Part shown: piece by piece, positions 38,518 to 45,507 of the stretch
Position numbering within the stretch: position 1 is the stretch's first letter
How the letters are laid out: each line of letters opens with the position of its first letter
Virus genome (UHGV): UHGV-0108244
Origin: a virus
Reading direction: 5' to 3' (one strand)
DNA: 45,507 nucleotides
Made by a program: the position numbers and the translations under genes
The notes under the pieces: model-generated
Database searches by the model: none
Told to the model about the DNA's origin: nothing
Seen by the model: only the letters and a program-made list of their open reading frames with translations

Positions 38518-38724
38518 GTGCTGGATATCTCCCTGAAGCCAAAGCAGGGAAGTCAGGTTCTGATCCAGCACGGCGGCGGGACGGAACTTGCCACATTGAG
38601 AGGAAAGTCGCTGATTACCGAAGATGGTGAAGCGATCGAGGGTGAAGCCCTGGACAATGTTACTGTCATCGGCATCGTGACGTTTACTATCTGCGATGTG
38701 CGCCAGGACAATGCGGTTATTTAG
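38518..38724 (+). CDS. Small hypothetical protein
   Basis: ORF. Confidence 0.3.
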   Translation: MLDISLKPKQGSQVLIQHGGGTELATLRGKSLITEDGEAIEGEALDNVTVIGIVTFTICDVRQDNAVI

Positions 38725-38810
38725 TTGCTGTCAATGAGTGGAAGAGTTCGTGGTTTCTGTGTCGTAGATGTGGCGTGACAGGAATGCACGATAAAGACAG
38801 GGATGTATTC

Positions 38811-38835
38811 AAACGACACGAAACGACACAAAACC
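38811..38835. repeat. attP P-arm: two direct copies of ACGACAC(G/A)AA (candidate integrase arm-type sites)
   Basis: Direct repeats read in the sequence. Copies inverted relative to these occur at 38984..39008. Confidence 0.5.
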
Positions 38836-38889
38836 GGATGCGAACGCGGAAAACATGTGTGATTACAGTGTGTTATTTAACGCTCTACT

Positions 38890-38936
38890 TTCTTCTAAGC
38901 CGTAGGTCACAGGTTCGAATCCTGTAGGGCGTGCCA
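38890..38936 (+). other. attP core: 3' portion (anticodon loop to CCA) of an argU-like tRNA-Arg(UCU). Not a full tRNA gene.
   Basis: CTTCTAAGCCGTAGGTCACAGGTTCGAATCCTGTAGGGCGTGCCA. No 5' half upstream. Adjacent to int. Confidence 0.7.
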
Positions 38937-38951
38937 TTAAGAAACAAGCAC

Positions 38952-40115
38952 TTACGCAAGTTTCAAACCAGCCTGATTTCCTCCTTGTGTCGTATTTGTG
39001 TCGCTAGCGCCAAAAATGGCGTCAATTTTCCGTGCATGTTCGGTCAGGTGGTTCGGTGCCAGGTGAGCATAACGACGCACCATCTCGATGCTTTCCCATC
39101 CTCCCATTTCCTGTAAAACAGAAAGCGGGACGCCGGACTGGATCAGCCAACTCGCCCAGGTGTGCCGAAGGTCGTGAAAACGGAAATCCTCGATCCCCGC
39201 TTTTTTCAACCCGGCGCGCCAGGCGTTATTGTCATCCACCCGCATTTTTCTAACTGCGGGCGTTAGTGTTCCATCCGGGCGATGTTTTGCCGTGGTGTGA
39301 ACGAACACCCATCGGGAGTGCTTCCCTATCTGATCCCTTAATACCCTGCATGCGGTATCATTCAGAGCTACGCCTATCGCCTTGCCCGCTTTTGCGTTCT
39401 CCGGATTTACCCATGCAACCTTTCTCTGCATATCGACCTGCTGCCACTCAAGCCCGATGATGTTTGAGCGGCGCAGGCCGGTTGCCAGTGCAAATATCAC
39501 CACTGGCTTAATGCTCTCCGGCATGCACTCGATCAACCGCTCAGCTTCTTCTCTGGTCAGCCACCGTATCCGCTTACTGATCGGCTTGCGGGTTTTGATA
39601 ACAGGGGCTGTTTTTATCCAGCCCCAGTCATTCGCCGCGGCCCTGAGAAGGGAGCGAATGAAGGAAAGGTGTTGAGCCTTCGTAGCCTGCGAAACCTGCC
39701 GTGGTTTGTACTCCGGAACCGGCTTTCCCTTCCTCATCGCGGCATCACGCTTACTCTCCCAGACCTGCAGGTGTTTACGGTTGATCATCCCGTTAACGGC
39801 TTCGTGAACTTCCTCCGCCGTTATCTTCGAGACATCACGGCCGGAAAAATGCTGCAGCCAAAACTCAATTTTGGTTTTGTCATCATCCAGCGATCGCTTA
39901 TGGTCCTTTTCCCGCAACCACCGGATACAGCATTCTTCGAAGGTTCTGACGGGCAGATCGCCGATCTGGTCAACCCGCCACGCTTCCGCCTTCAGCTTGT
40001 CGTGGAGCTCCTGAGCCTGCTTTTTGTCCCCCGTGCCAAGAGATCGCCTAACTCTTTTTCCTGACGGCGTAAAGAAATGACAGTGCCACACGCCGCCCCT
40101 GAGGGTGATTGACAT
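38952..40115 (-). CDS. int: Tyrosine integrase
   Basis: [39 protein letters not shown] (R-H-R-Y catalytic set). Confidence 0.95.
   Translation of the reverse strand: MSITLRGGVWHCHFFTPSGKRVRRSLGTGDKKQAQELHDKLKAEAWRVDQIGDLPVRTFEECCIRWLREKDHKRSLDDDKTKIEFWLQHFSGRDVSKITAEEVHEAVNGMINRKHLQVWESKRDAAMRKGKPVPEYKPRQVSQATKAQHLSFIRSLLRAAANDWGWIKTAPVIKTRKPISKRIRWLTREEAERLIECMPESIKPVVIFALATGLRRSNIIGLEWQQVDMQRKVAWVNPENAKAGKAIGVALNDTACRVLRDQIGKHSRWVFVHTTAKHRPDGTLTPAVRKMRVDDNNAWRAGLKKAGIEDFRFHDLRHTWASWLIQSGVPLSVLQEMGGWESIEMVRRYAHLAPNHLTEHARKIDAIFGASDTNTTQGGNQAGLKLA
38984..39008. repeat. attP P'-arm: two TTGTGTCG copies (inverse of the P-arm repeat) within the int 3' end
   Basis: Read directly from the sequence. 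Confidence 0.45.
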
Positions 40116-40327
40116 AAAACTTCTCCTTTATGTTCACCCGCGTTCGCGATGACAGGATCGCGCGGGGTTTTCAAATATGCAATACACGCAGCCTCGGTCG
40201 TTCTGTACTTATTGCCGACCTTGCGGCCGGCGAGCTCCCCAGACTCAATCAGGCGGTAGATCACCCGCGCCGACACGATGAGCAAATCGGCGGCCTGCTG
40301 TGCTGTAATCGGTCTATCAGATGCCAT
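39992..40327 (-). CDS. xis: Excisionase-like HTH protein
   Basis: [29 protein letters not shown]. The ORF overlaps the int start by about 124 nt. Confidence 0.5.
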   Translation of the reverse strand: MASDRPITAQQAADLLIVSARVIYRLIESGELAGRKVGNKYRTTEAACIAYLKTPRDPVIANAGEHKGEVLCQSPSGAACGTVISLRRQEKELGDLLARGTKSRLRSSTTS

Positions 40328-40328
40328 A

Positions 40329-40547
40329 TCACCTCCGATGCTTACCGCGTAATTCCTCTTCTTCTTGGCAATCAGCGCAGCGCTGACAGCCCGCCACCAG
40401 TTCCCTGCGCCGCTCGGGTATCTCTTCCCCGCAGTCGCGGCAGTGAGTAGCTGAAACCGCCGAATGGTTGATGCGCATGTTCTGGATGGTCATTTCCAGC
40501 CGGCGCTCTGCCAGCTCGTTGGCCTGATCGATGATTTCTGCGCTCAT
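40329..40547 (-). CDS. TraR/DksA-family C4 zinc-finger protein
   Basis: CRDCGEEIP...CQRCADC. Confidence 0.55.
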   Translation of the reverse strand: MSAEIIDQANELAERRLEMTIQNMRINHSAVSATHCRDCGEEIPERRRELVAGCQRCADCQEEEELRGKHRR

Positions 40548-40921
40548 ACTGCACCTTCCAGTTCATCAGGCAGCTCAATTTCATCGCCAAACTTTGCGAA
40601 GACGACAGCGCGACATACAGCCACACGGGGATTGTCTGCAGTGAGCCCGCGGCGACGTCCTGGTGCTACAAGCTCATTAACTCCAACCCAGTGATAAACT
40701 TTTCCTGTTGCCGGGTCTGCTGACTGGTAACAGCTGATAGAGTATTTCTCCATCAGCTCACCACATTGGTCCCATTTTGCGGATGGAGAAAACACTTTCA
40801 TTGCCATCTCAACGAATAATGTTTCCGAGGTGATGTGCAGTATTGGCTGGCTCATGTTGATAGAGCATGCAACCGCGTAATCAAGCTGCACACCACTTAG
40901 ATTTGCTGTTTTAACTTTCAT
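40544..40921 (-). CDS. DUF2591-like phage protein
   Basis: N-terminal MKVKTANLSGVQLDYAVA pattern. Confidence 0.4.
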   Translation of the reverse strand: MKVKTANLSGVQLDYAVACSINMSQPILHITSETLFVEMAMKVFSPSAKWDQCGELMEKYSISCYQSADPATGKVYHWVGVNELVAPGRRRGLTADNPRVAVCRAVVFAKFGDEIELPDELEGAV

Positions 40922-41484
40922 GCTGCACCACCTTCAACGCGCTTGAACTCGATAACCCAAACCCAGGGGTTGGCATTCCAACTTTCGGCGCCATAGATGG
41001 ATTTCCACAACTCCTCCCATACCTGAAAGCCATGAGTGGCAGGTCGAAAATCATAAAGACCGCATCCAACCTCTTTGCAGATATCCCCAAGGGTAATGGA
41101 CTGCAACCGCTCAACGCGCACATTGGTGATTTCCAGCAGAATGCGGCTGGCCCAGCGCGGCATGTGGATTGATGGCACCCACTTGGCAGTGCAAACCTTT
41201 TCCTTGCGCATATCACCAATCCAGTCGTGGTCTGCGCGATAGGTGAGGAGTCCGCCATATTTATTCCATGTTTCACGGACCCAGATGCGGTCGCCTGGCT
41301 TGCCAAATGCGCTGTTCAGATAGTTCCCTGCCGACAGCTCCCCGGCCAGTTCATTGCCAGCCAGTTCGCACCCAAGGTTTTTATCATGCACAGGGAATTT
41401 CACTGGGCGCCGGGTCTGCGTCTTCCGGCCGTCGAGAATTGCTCGCGTCATTTCCCCGTTAAAAATCATTCCGCGTTCTTTCAT
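40918..41484 (-). CDS. ASCH-domain-like protein
   Basis: MIFNGEMTRAILDGRKTQTRRP N-terminus. Confidence 0.45.
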   Translation of the reverse strand: MKERGMIFNGEMTRAILDGRKTQTRRPVKFPVHDKNLGCELAGNELAGELSAGNYLNSAFGKPGDRIWVRETWNKYGGLLTYRADHDWIGDMRKEKVCTAKWVPSIHMPRWASRILLEITNVRVERLQSITLGDICKEVGCGLYDFRPATHGFQVWEELWKSIYGAESWNANPWVWVIEFKRVEGGAA

Positions 41485-41702
41485 GATTCCACCCCATAGC
41501 GGCCGCTAAGCCGCCCAATAACACTGACAAATTTGACTAAGCTGACGCCCATCGGCTTTACCTTCTCGTAGTGCTTGCGAAGGATGGGGGGGCATACAGC
41601 GTTCCACTTCGGTTTAGGCTTTACGCTCATCGCTTTGGTTATCTCTTCTGCGCAGCGACGAGCCTGGGCGCGGAGAGCGTTTTCTTTTTCTTCAGGCGTC
41701 AT
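41481..41702 (-). CDS. Hypothetical protein
   Basis: Coupled ORF. Confidence 0.35.
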   Translation of the reverse strand: MTPEEKENALRAQARRCAEEITKAMSVKPKPKWNAVCPPILRKHYEKVKPMGVSLVKFVSVIGRLSGRYGVES

Positions 41703-42265
41703 GCTGCCTCCAGATTCCCGATCCGCTTTAACTCAGCCAGCGATAAGGACGTAATGATGTGTCGCGGGGTGATGTACGGGCGCCAGATAAACAGGATCGA
41801 GCCTTTAGGGTTGCTCATGCGCTTTCCTGTAACAGATGCCGGAACAAACTGAACACGGCCGCCAGTTATGAGCCTGAGTTCATCAGCTGATTGCATGGCT
41901 GAAATAAACCAGCCAGTAGAGATGTCAGCCGGTAGCAACATCACTACGACCTGAGACTGCGCCCGGGATTGCTCAGCAGCTTTTTCCACCCACGGCCCAA
42001 TATTGGAATAGGGAGGGTTACACCAGATCGCCCCGTATGACGTCCATTCGCTGTTCAGCGAGTCATCCAGCTCAGTGAGATAGTGAGCGCATAGCGCGTT
42101 ACTCTCAGAGGCTGCAGCATCCAGCCAGAAGCCAAACTCGCGGTCGAGCGCGTTGAAAATTTCAATCGGCGTTTGCCAGTAGTCACGTTCATTTTTTGGA
42201 GTTTTCGATCCGCCATAATCAGTCATTGCGCACCTCGTTTCGTGTCTGCCTTTCTCATGCGGCAT
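41699..42265 (-). CDS. Phage N6-adenine DNA methyltransferase (Dam_2 family)
   Basis: YWQTP...FWLDAAASESNALC...WCNPPYS motifs. Confidence 0.7.
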   Translation of the reverse strand: MPHEKGRHETRCAMTDYGGSKTPKNERDYWQTPIEIFNALDREFGFWLDAAASESNALCAHYLTELDDSLNSEWTSYGAIWCNPPYSNIGPWVEKAAEQSRAQSQVVVMLLPADISTGWFISAMQSADELRLITGGRVQFVPASVTGKRMSNPKGSILFIWRPYITPRHIITSLSLAELKRIGNLEAA

Positions 42266-42878
42266 GGTCGTGGTTTTTTATGCTGGAAATCTCTTTCTCC
42301 AGCTCTTCCAGAAACTTTTTCACTTCGGACTGAATCTCATTTGCCAGTGCTTCGTCGAAGTGAATGCGCTTTTTGAAATAGGCGAGGTCTGGCGGTAGAC
42401 GATCGTCGAAACTAACGAAATCACACCATTTACGCCCTGTGCACATCATCTGAGCGTGCATCTGCAGCAAGTACTGACGTTTTGGCTCGCCAGTTTTTAA
42501 GGTCTCAAGATGAGTCCAGGTGTTGGGGCACTTAATTTCGATAAGTCCATCACCATTAACAAGCCCATCAGGACTTGCTGCGAATCCTGGTATAGTTGGG
42601 TGATCGATAAGCCCCACCTCGGTGATTTCGGCATCGAACTCATTCAGCGCATACATTTCGCGCGCTACTGGCTCGAGTTCTGTTCCGCGTATCATTGCGG
42701 CGTTGGAGAAACCTTCTTCAAGCTTCCCGGTGAGGCGCTGGCAAATCAGCTCGGCCATGTAGTTCTGTCGGCTTGCTGCATAGCCAGACTTGGTTCTGGC
42801 CATGACGTCAGCAAGGCGGCTGGCTGTGACTTTTCCGCAGCGAGCGGCAAACCATTCTGGGGTGCGTTGTTCCATCAT
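42255..42878 (-). CDS. YqaJ-type recombination exonuclease
   Basis: MEQRTPEWFAARCGKVTASRL...KCP signature. Confidence 0.8.
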   Translation of the reverse strand: MMEQRTPEWFAARCGKVTASRLADVMARTKSGYAASRQNYMAELICQRLTGKLEEGFSNAAMIRGTELEPVAREMYALNEFDAEITEVGLIDHPTIPGFAASPDGLVNGDGLIEIKCPNTWTHLETLKTGEPKRQYLLQMHAQMMCTGRKWCDFVSFDDRLPPDLAYFKKRIHFDEALANEIQSEVKKFLEELEKEISSIKNHDHAA

Positions 42879-43621
42879 TTATCCTCCGTCGCTGCGGCAT
42901 CGACAGGTTCTGCGTTGTCTACTGCAAGACTCATGTCATACATGCGACGCTTCTCAACCGCGCCGATAACTTGTTTCTCTTCTGCGCTTAACGCCACCCA
43001 GAATTCCTGATACTTAACAGTTCCAAGGCGTGCGGCAGACTCGCCTTTTGCGATCAGTTCCGGGCGGCGACTATCAGATTCATGCCCTACATGAACCTCT
43101 GCCGCACTCCCTTCAATCACACGCTCGGCTTCGTCCTGATCGAAGATGCCAGCAAACCCAAATGCGAGACGCGCACACTGGATCAGCGTCTTGTGACGAA
43201 GCATACGGGTAGGGTGGGACTGCCATGGCTGAGTGTTGCGTTTACACTCTCCCATGTACTCAGTAACGATGGTCGGGTGTGTGCGGTCTTTCCGGTATAT
43301 CTTGCAGGTACACGCGCCTTCTTCCTTGTCGTAGGAAAACTCCATTCCATCAAACTGAGGATGTTCGTTGATGATTCGAGCCCAGCCATCAACGCCGACA
43401 ACCGGAACAATTCCGCCTTTATCCGGGAATGCATAAATCTCTTTCGTCCACGGATTTAGTCCGTACTGGTTGGCGACGATCAGCAGTGCCGTGAACTGCT
43501 CATCAGTGACATTCCCACCCTTAAATGCTGTATTTTTCAGAGTGTTCATCAGGTCAGTTCCGGCATCCATGCCGAGGCGGGAGGCAAGCTTCCCGGCCAT
43601 TGTAGAAAGTGCTGTGCTCAT
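42875..43621 (-). CDS. recT: RecT/Bet-family single-strand annealing protein
   Basis: Paired with the YqaJ exonuclease. Conserved GVDGWARI core. Confidence 0.75.
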   Translation of the reverse strand: MSTALSTMAGKLASRLGMDAGTDLMNTLKNTAFKGGNVTDEQFTALLIVANQYGLNPWTKEIYAFPDKGGIVPVVGVDGWARIINEHPQFDGMEFSYDKEEGACTCKIYRKDRTHPTIVTEYMGECKRNTQPWQSHPTRMLRHKTLIQCARLAFGFAGIFDQDEAERVIEGSAAEVHVGHESDSRRPELIAKGESAARLGTVKYQEFWVALSAEEKQVIGAVEKRRMYDMSLAVDNAEPVDAAATEDK

Positions 43622-43637
43622 AGAATTCCCCTCAAAG

Positions 43638-43922
43638 TTAAAACGGGCAGCCGGTGCGGTGATCCCAGTCGTATTCCGCCTGGGCGTAAGCTACTGCCGA
43701 AATGAGATCGTTATATGCCTCGCCAGCTGCATCGCTGCGGAGGCCTTCGTATGGGCTTTTGTCCATCGGTACAGAGAAGCGGAACAGGCCTGACGGCTCT
43801 TTCGGCAGGGCGTCGATAATTTCCTGCGCCCGATCGTCAATCCACTTTTGCTTTTCTTCGGTGAGCGACTGTTCAGCCCATTTCCGTTCTTCGATAGCGT
43901 CGTATGCGCGGTATGCGTTCAT
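43638..43922 (-). CDS. Hypothetical protein
   Basis: ORF. Confidence 0.35.
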   Translation of the reverse strand: MNAYRAYDAIEERKWAEQSLTEEKQKWIDDRAQEIIDALPKEPSGLFRFSVPMDKSPYEGLRSDAAGEAYNDLISAVAYAQAEYDWDHRTGCPF

Positions 43923-44002
43923 AGCTCGCTCCTGAAATTTGGTTGTAAGAATCCCGGCACCGTATTGGCTGCCTGATAGCTCAGTTAAATTCTTCGTTTC
44001 GA

Positions 44003-44209
44003 TTACCGGCTGAGACCTTGTCCCAACCCGTTCAGATAAACTTCAACCAGCAAGTCGGTTGTGTAAGTCCGCTCAATCCCGCGATGCAGGTACAGGCGGC
44101 CGCGTTTATTTGCTGATGCTGTCCAGGTGCTTTCCCGATGCTTAACGAGCATCCCTGGCAGAACGGCGCCGCGGTTAACGGTCTGTGTCCCGTAATGATG
44201 ACTAACCAT
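44003..44209 (-). CDS. Basic hypothetical protein, 68 aa
   Basis: ORF coupled to an upstream small peptide. Confidence 0.35.
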   Translation of the reverse strand: MVSHHYGTQTVNRGAVLPGMLVKHRESTWTASANKRGRLYLHRGIERTYTTDLLVEVYLNGLGQGLSR

Positions 44210-44312
44210 TGAACACCCCCGTAACGTGCAGAATTTTGATAATCAACGCTGTCCAGATAACGCCGCAGATCAGCAGGCAGTAAATCAGTGAACGAAGGCC
44301 ATTTCTGCTCAT
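44202..44312 (-). CDS. Small hydrophobic peptide, 36 aa (MSRNGLRSLIYCLLICGVIWTALIIKILHVTGVFNG)
   Basis: GGTGG SD. Predicted single TM. Confidence 0.35.
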   Translation of the reverse strand: MSRNGLRSLIYCLLICGVIWTALIIKILHVTGVFNG

Positions 44313-44425
44313 GCTGAACCACCAGGCATCAGGCAGAACGCGCTTGCTATCAGTACGCATACGACGATGGCGAATGCGTGTGCCAGAAACTTAAACCACT
44401 CAGTTTTATCTTCTTCGCGGATCAT
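44309..44425 (-). CDS. Small hydrophobic peptide, 38 aa (MIREEDKTEWFKFLAHAFAIVVCVLIASAFCLMPGGSA)
   Basis: AAGGTGA SD. First ORF downstream of the presumed P_L. Confidence 0.35.
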   Translation of the reverse strand: MIREEDKTEWFKFLAHAFAIVVCVLIASAFCLMPGGSA

Positions 44426-44508
44426 CTCTTCACCTTTGCCTTATCGCGGCTAACGGGACGTTTTGACTTCACCCCGGCGTTGCCGGTGTTGTTTGGATGA
44501 GTCAATTT

Positions 44509-44588
44509 AAAACCATAGTTGTTTTGTAGTCAACAACAATAGTTGTTTAAATGGCTGGAATGGTTTTATTTAGTTGTTTTTATTGGTT
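44509..44588. promoter_or_regulatory. O_L/P_L candidate region: AAAACCATAGTTGTTTT, CAACAACAATAGTTGTTT and TTTAGTTGTTTT share the O_R half-site
   Basis: The half-site ACAACCAT/ATGGTTGT from O_R recurs here. Located between the leftward early genes and the immunity region. Confidence 0.45.
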
Positions 44589-44645
44589 ATTTATTTTTGT
44601 AAAGCGTGCTGGTAAGCTCAAAAAAACGCCAAAGAGGGTAGCGCC

Positions 44646-44849
44646 ATGTCGAATGAGGATGAGTTTTTCGCAGAGATGCACCCGCAGATTGCGCAGGTTA
44701 TCGGGATAGCGGTTATGCAGCTGCTGGTTGAGAAGCGCGAGCCATCAAGAGAGGCGCTGATAGAGATGATTCAGGTGTTGTGGCAGGGTGGCCAGGTAGA
44801 TCTGGCAGTAGAGCTTGCACTGGATGTGCTGATGCTGAGGGAAGAGTAG
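44646..44849 (+). CDS. Small acidic hypothetical protein, 67 aa, convergent with the ParA-like gene
   Basis: AGAGGG SD. Followed by a shared hairpin. Confidence 0.4.
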   Translation: MSNEDEFFAEMHPQIAQVIGIAVMQLLVEKREPSREALIEMIQVLWQGGQVDLAVELALDVLMLREE

Positions 44850-44861
44850 GACAGTAAAAAC

Positions 44862-44879
44862 CCGGCGCGGTGGCCGGGA
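44862..44879. terminator. Hairpin CCCGGC-GCGGTG-GCCGGG between the convergent 3' ends
   Basis: Read directly from the sequence. No strong T-run. Confidence 0.35.
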
Positions 44880-44887
44880 TTGAGTAT

Positions 44888-45507
44888 TTAAGCGGTTAAA
44901 ATCAGTACACGTTGGCAAAGTCTTTCAAATTGCTGGAGGAAAAGATTTCTATTCTCACTCATCGTATCAAACACGTTACCCGCCTTCCCATCATCTCTCA
45001 AATCTTGATCAGTGATAGCAAAAACCGGTTTTGAGAGCTTTTGGCTTATTGCAATTAAAGAATTGAAATCTGATATTTGCGCAAGGTCATAGGCCTTCAG
45101 ATGCGACGTATCTGTCAAATCGAGAGATTTTTGTATTTCATGCTCGGTTGCTGAGCAACCAATACGATGGAGAGCGGGAGCCAGTACACTATTTACTGCG
45201 CCGTGAATCTCTTTAACCCAATGTTCAAACGATTTAACTGGCATTCCATTTCGTGGCCTGTAACGCTGATGTATCGCGCCAATGAACTTAGGTTTATTTG
45301 AAATATTTGCGGCAGTATTGGATCGAGAAGTTTGTTTGAAAAACTCTAACTCAGCATGCCATGCAGTGATTGTTTCAGAAAGAGAATTTATCGCTTGCCA
45401 ACAGAAGAAGTCAGGAGTCGCTGGAACAATAAAGTAATCACTTGACATAAGTGCTATTTCATTTAACCCACCGACACTTGGGCTTAAATCATAAACTATA
45501 TAATCGA
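44888..45507 (-). CDS. C-terminal part of the same ParA-like ATPase (ParA motif IDYIVYDLSPSVGG...SDYFIVPATPDFF plus a ~150 aa C-terminal extension).
   Basis: The frame is open from 45507 down to the stop at 44888. The supplied ORF begins at an internal Met (45448), but the upstream codons NG-IDYIVYDLSPSVGGLNEIAL join seamlessly to the fragment at the window start. Confidence 0.75.
   Translation of the reverse strand, partial: DYIVYDLSPSVGGLNEIALMSSDYFIVPATPDFFCWQAINSLSETITAWHAELEFFKQTSRSNTAANISNKPKFIGAIHQRYRPRNGMPVKSFEHWVKEIHGAVNSVLAPALHRIGCSATEHEIQKSLDLTDTSHLKAYDLAQISDFNSLIAISQKLSKPVFAITDQDLRDDGKAGNVFDTMSENRNLFLQQFERLCQRVLILTA

Noticed and set aside
38870-38936. Possible complete tRNA gene next to int
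   Set aside because: Only the 3' ~47 nt fold as tRNA. The candidate 5' acceptor strand is too close to the anticodon loop, so this is an attP core fragment, not a gene.
1-45507. CRISPR array or ParB/parS partition partner
   Set aside because: No regularly spaced direct repeats and no ParB-like ORF were found. The repeats at 44509-44588 match the cI operator half-site rather than a parS.

Overview
This window reads as a complete, circularly permuted genome of a temperate lambdoid siphovirus of the kind found in Enterobacteriaceae, about 45.5 kb. A ParA/MinD-family ATPase gene on the minus strand runs in frame across the window ends (1..487 continues into 45507..44888), which implies a circular molecule. 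Gene order: an immunity region (O_L, a small plus-strand gene, the ParA-like gene, cI, O_R/P_R, cro, cII); replication genes O and P, with ori iterons inside O; a long nin-like region (HNH endonucleases, DUF551, a Bro-N-like moron, NinB, DUF1364, RusA, antiterminator Q); a tR' terminator and four phage-encoded tRNAs; a lysis cassette (holin, SAR endolysin, Rz/Rz1); opposite-strand morons; terminase small and large subunits, portal, MuF-like protein, DUF2213-like protein, major capsid; head-tail connectors; major tail protein; a P22 immI-like mnt/arc/ant island inside the tail module; a lipoprotein; tape measure; tail-tip genes (NlpC/P60, TipJ/J-like); a tailspike with an SGNH/SASA esterase domain plus a LamG-like protein; attP (3' end of an argU-like tRNA-Arg flanked by arm-type repeats) with int and xis; and a leftward early operon (TraR-like, DUF2591, ASCH, Dam methyltransferase, YqaJ exonuclease, RecT, small peptides). 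The most interesting unexplained element is the lone ParA-like ATPase with a long C-terminal extension. It sits in the rexAB-equivalent slot directly downstream of cI, between O_L and O_R, and there is no ParB, so it is a candidate lysogen-expressed defence or exclusion function. All calls rest on ORF structure, motifs and remembered family signatures; no database searches were run.
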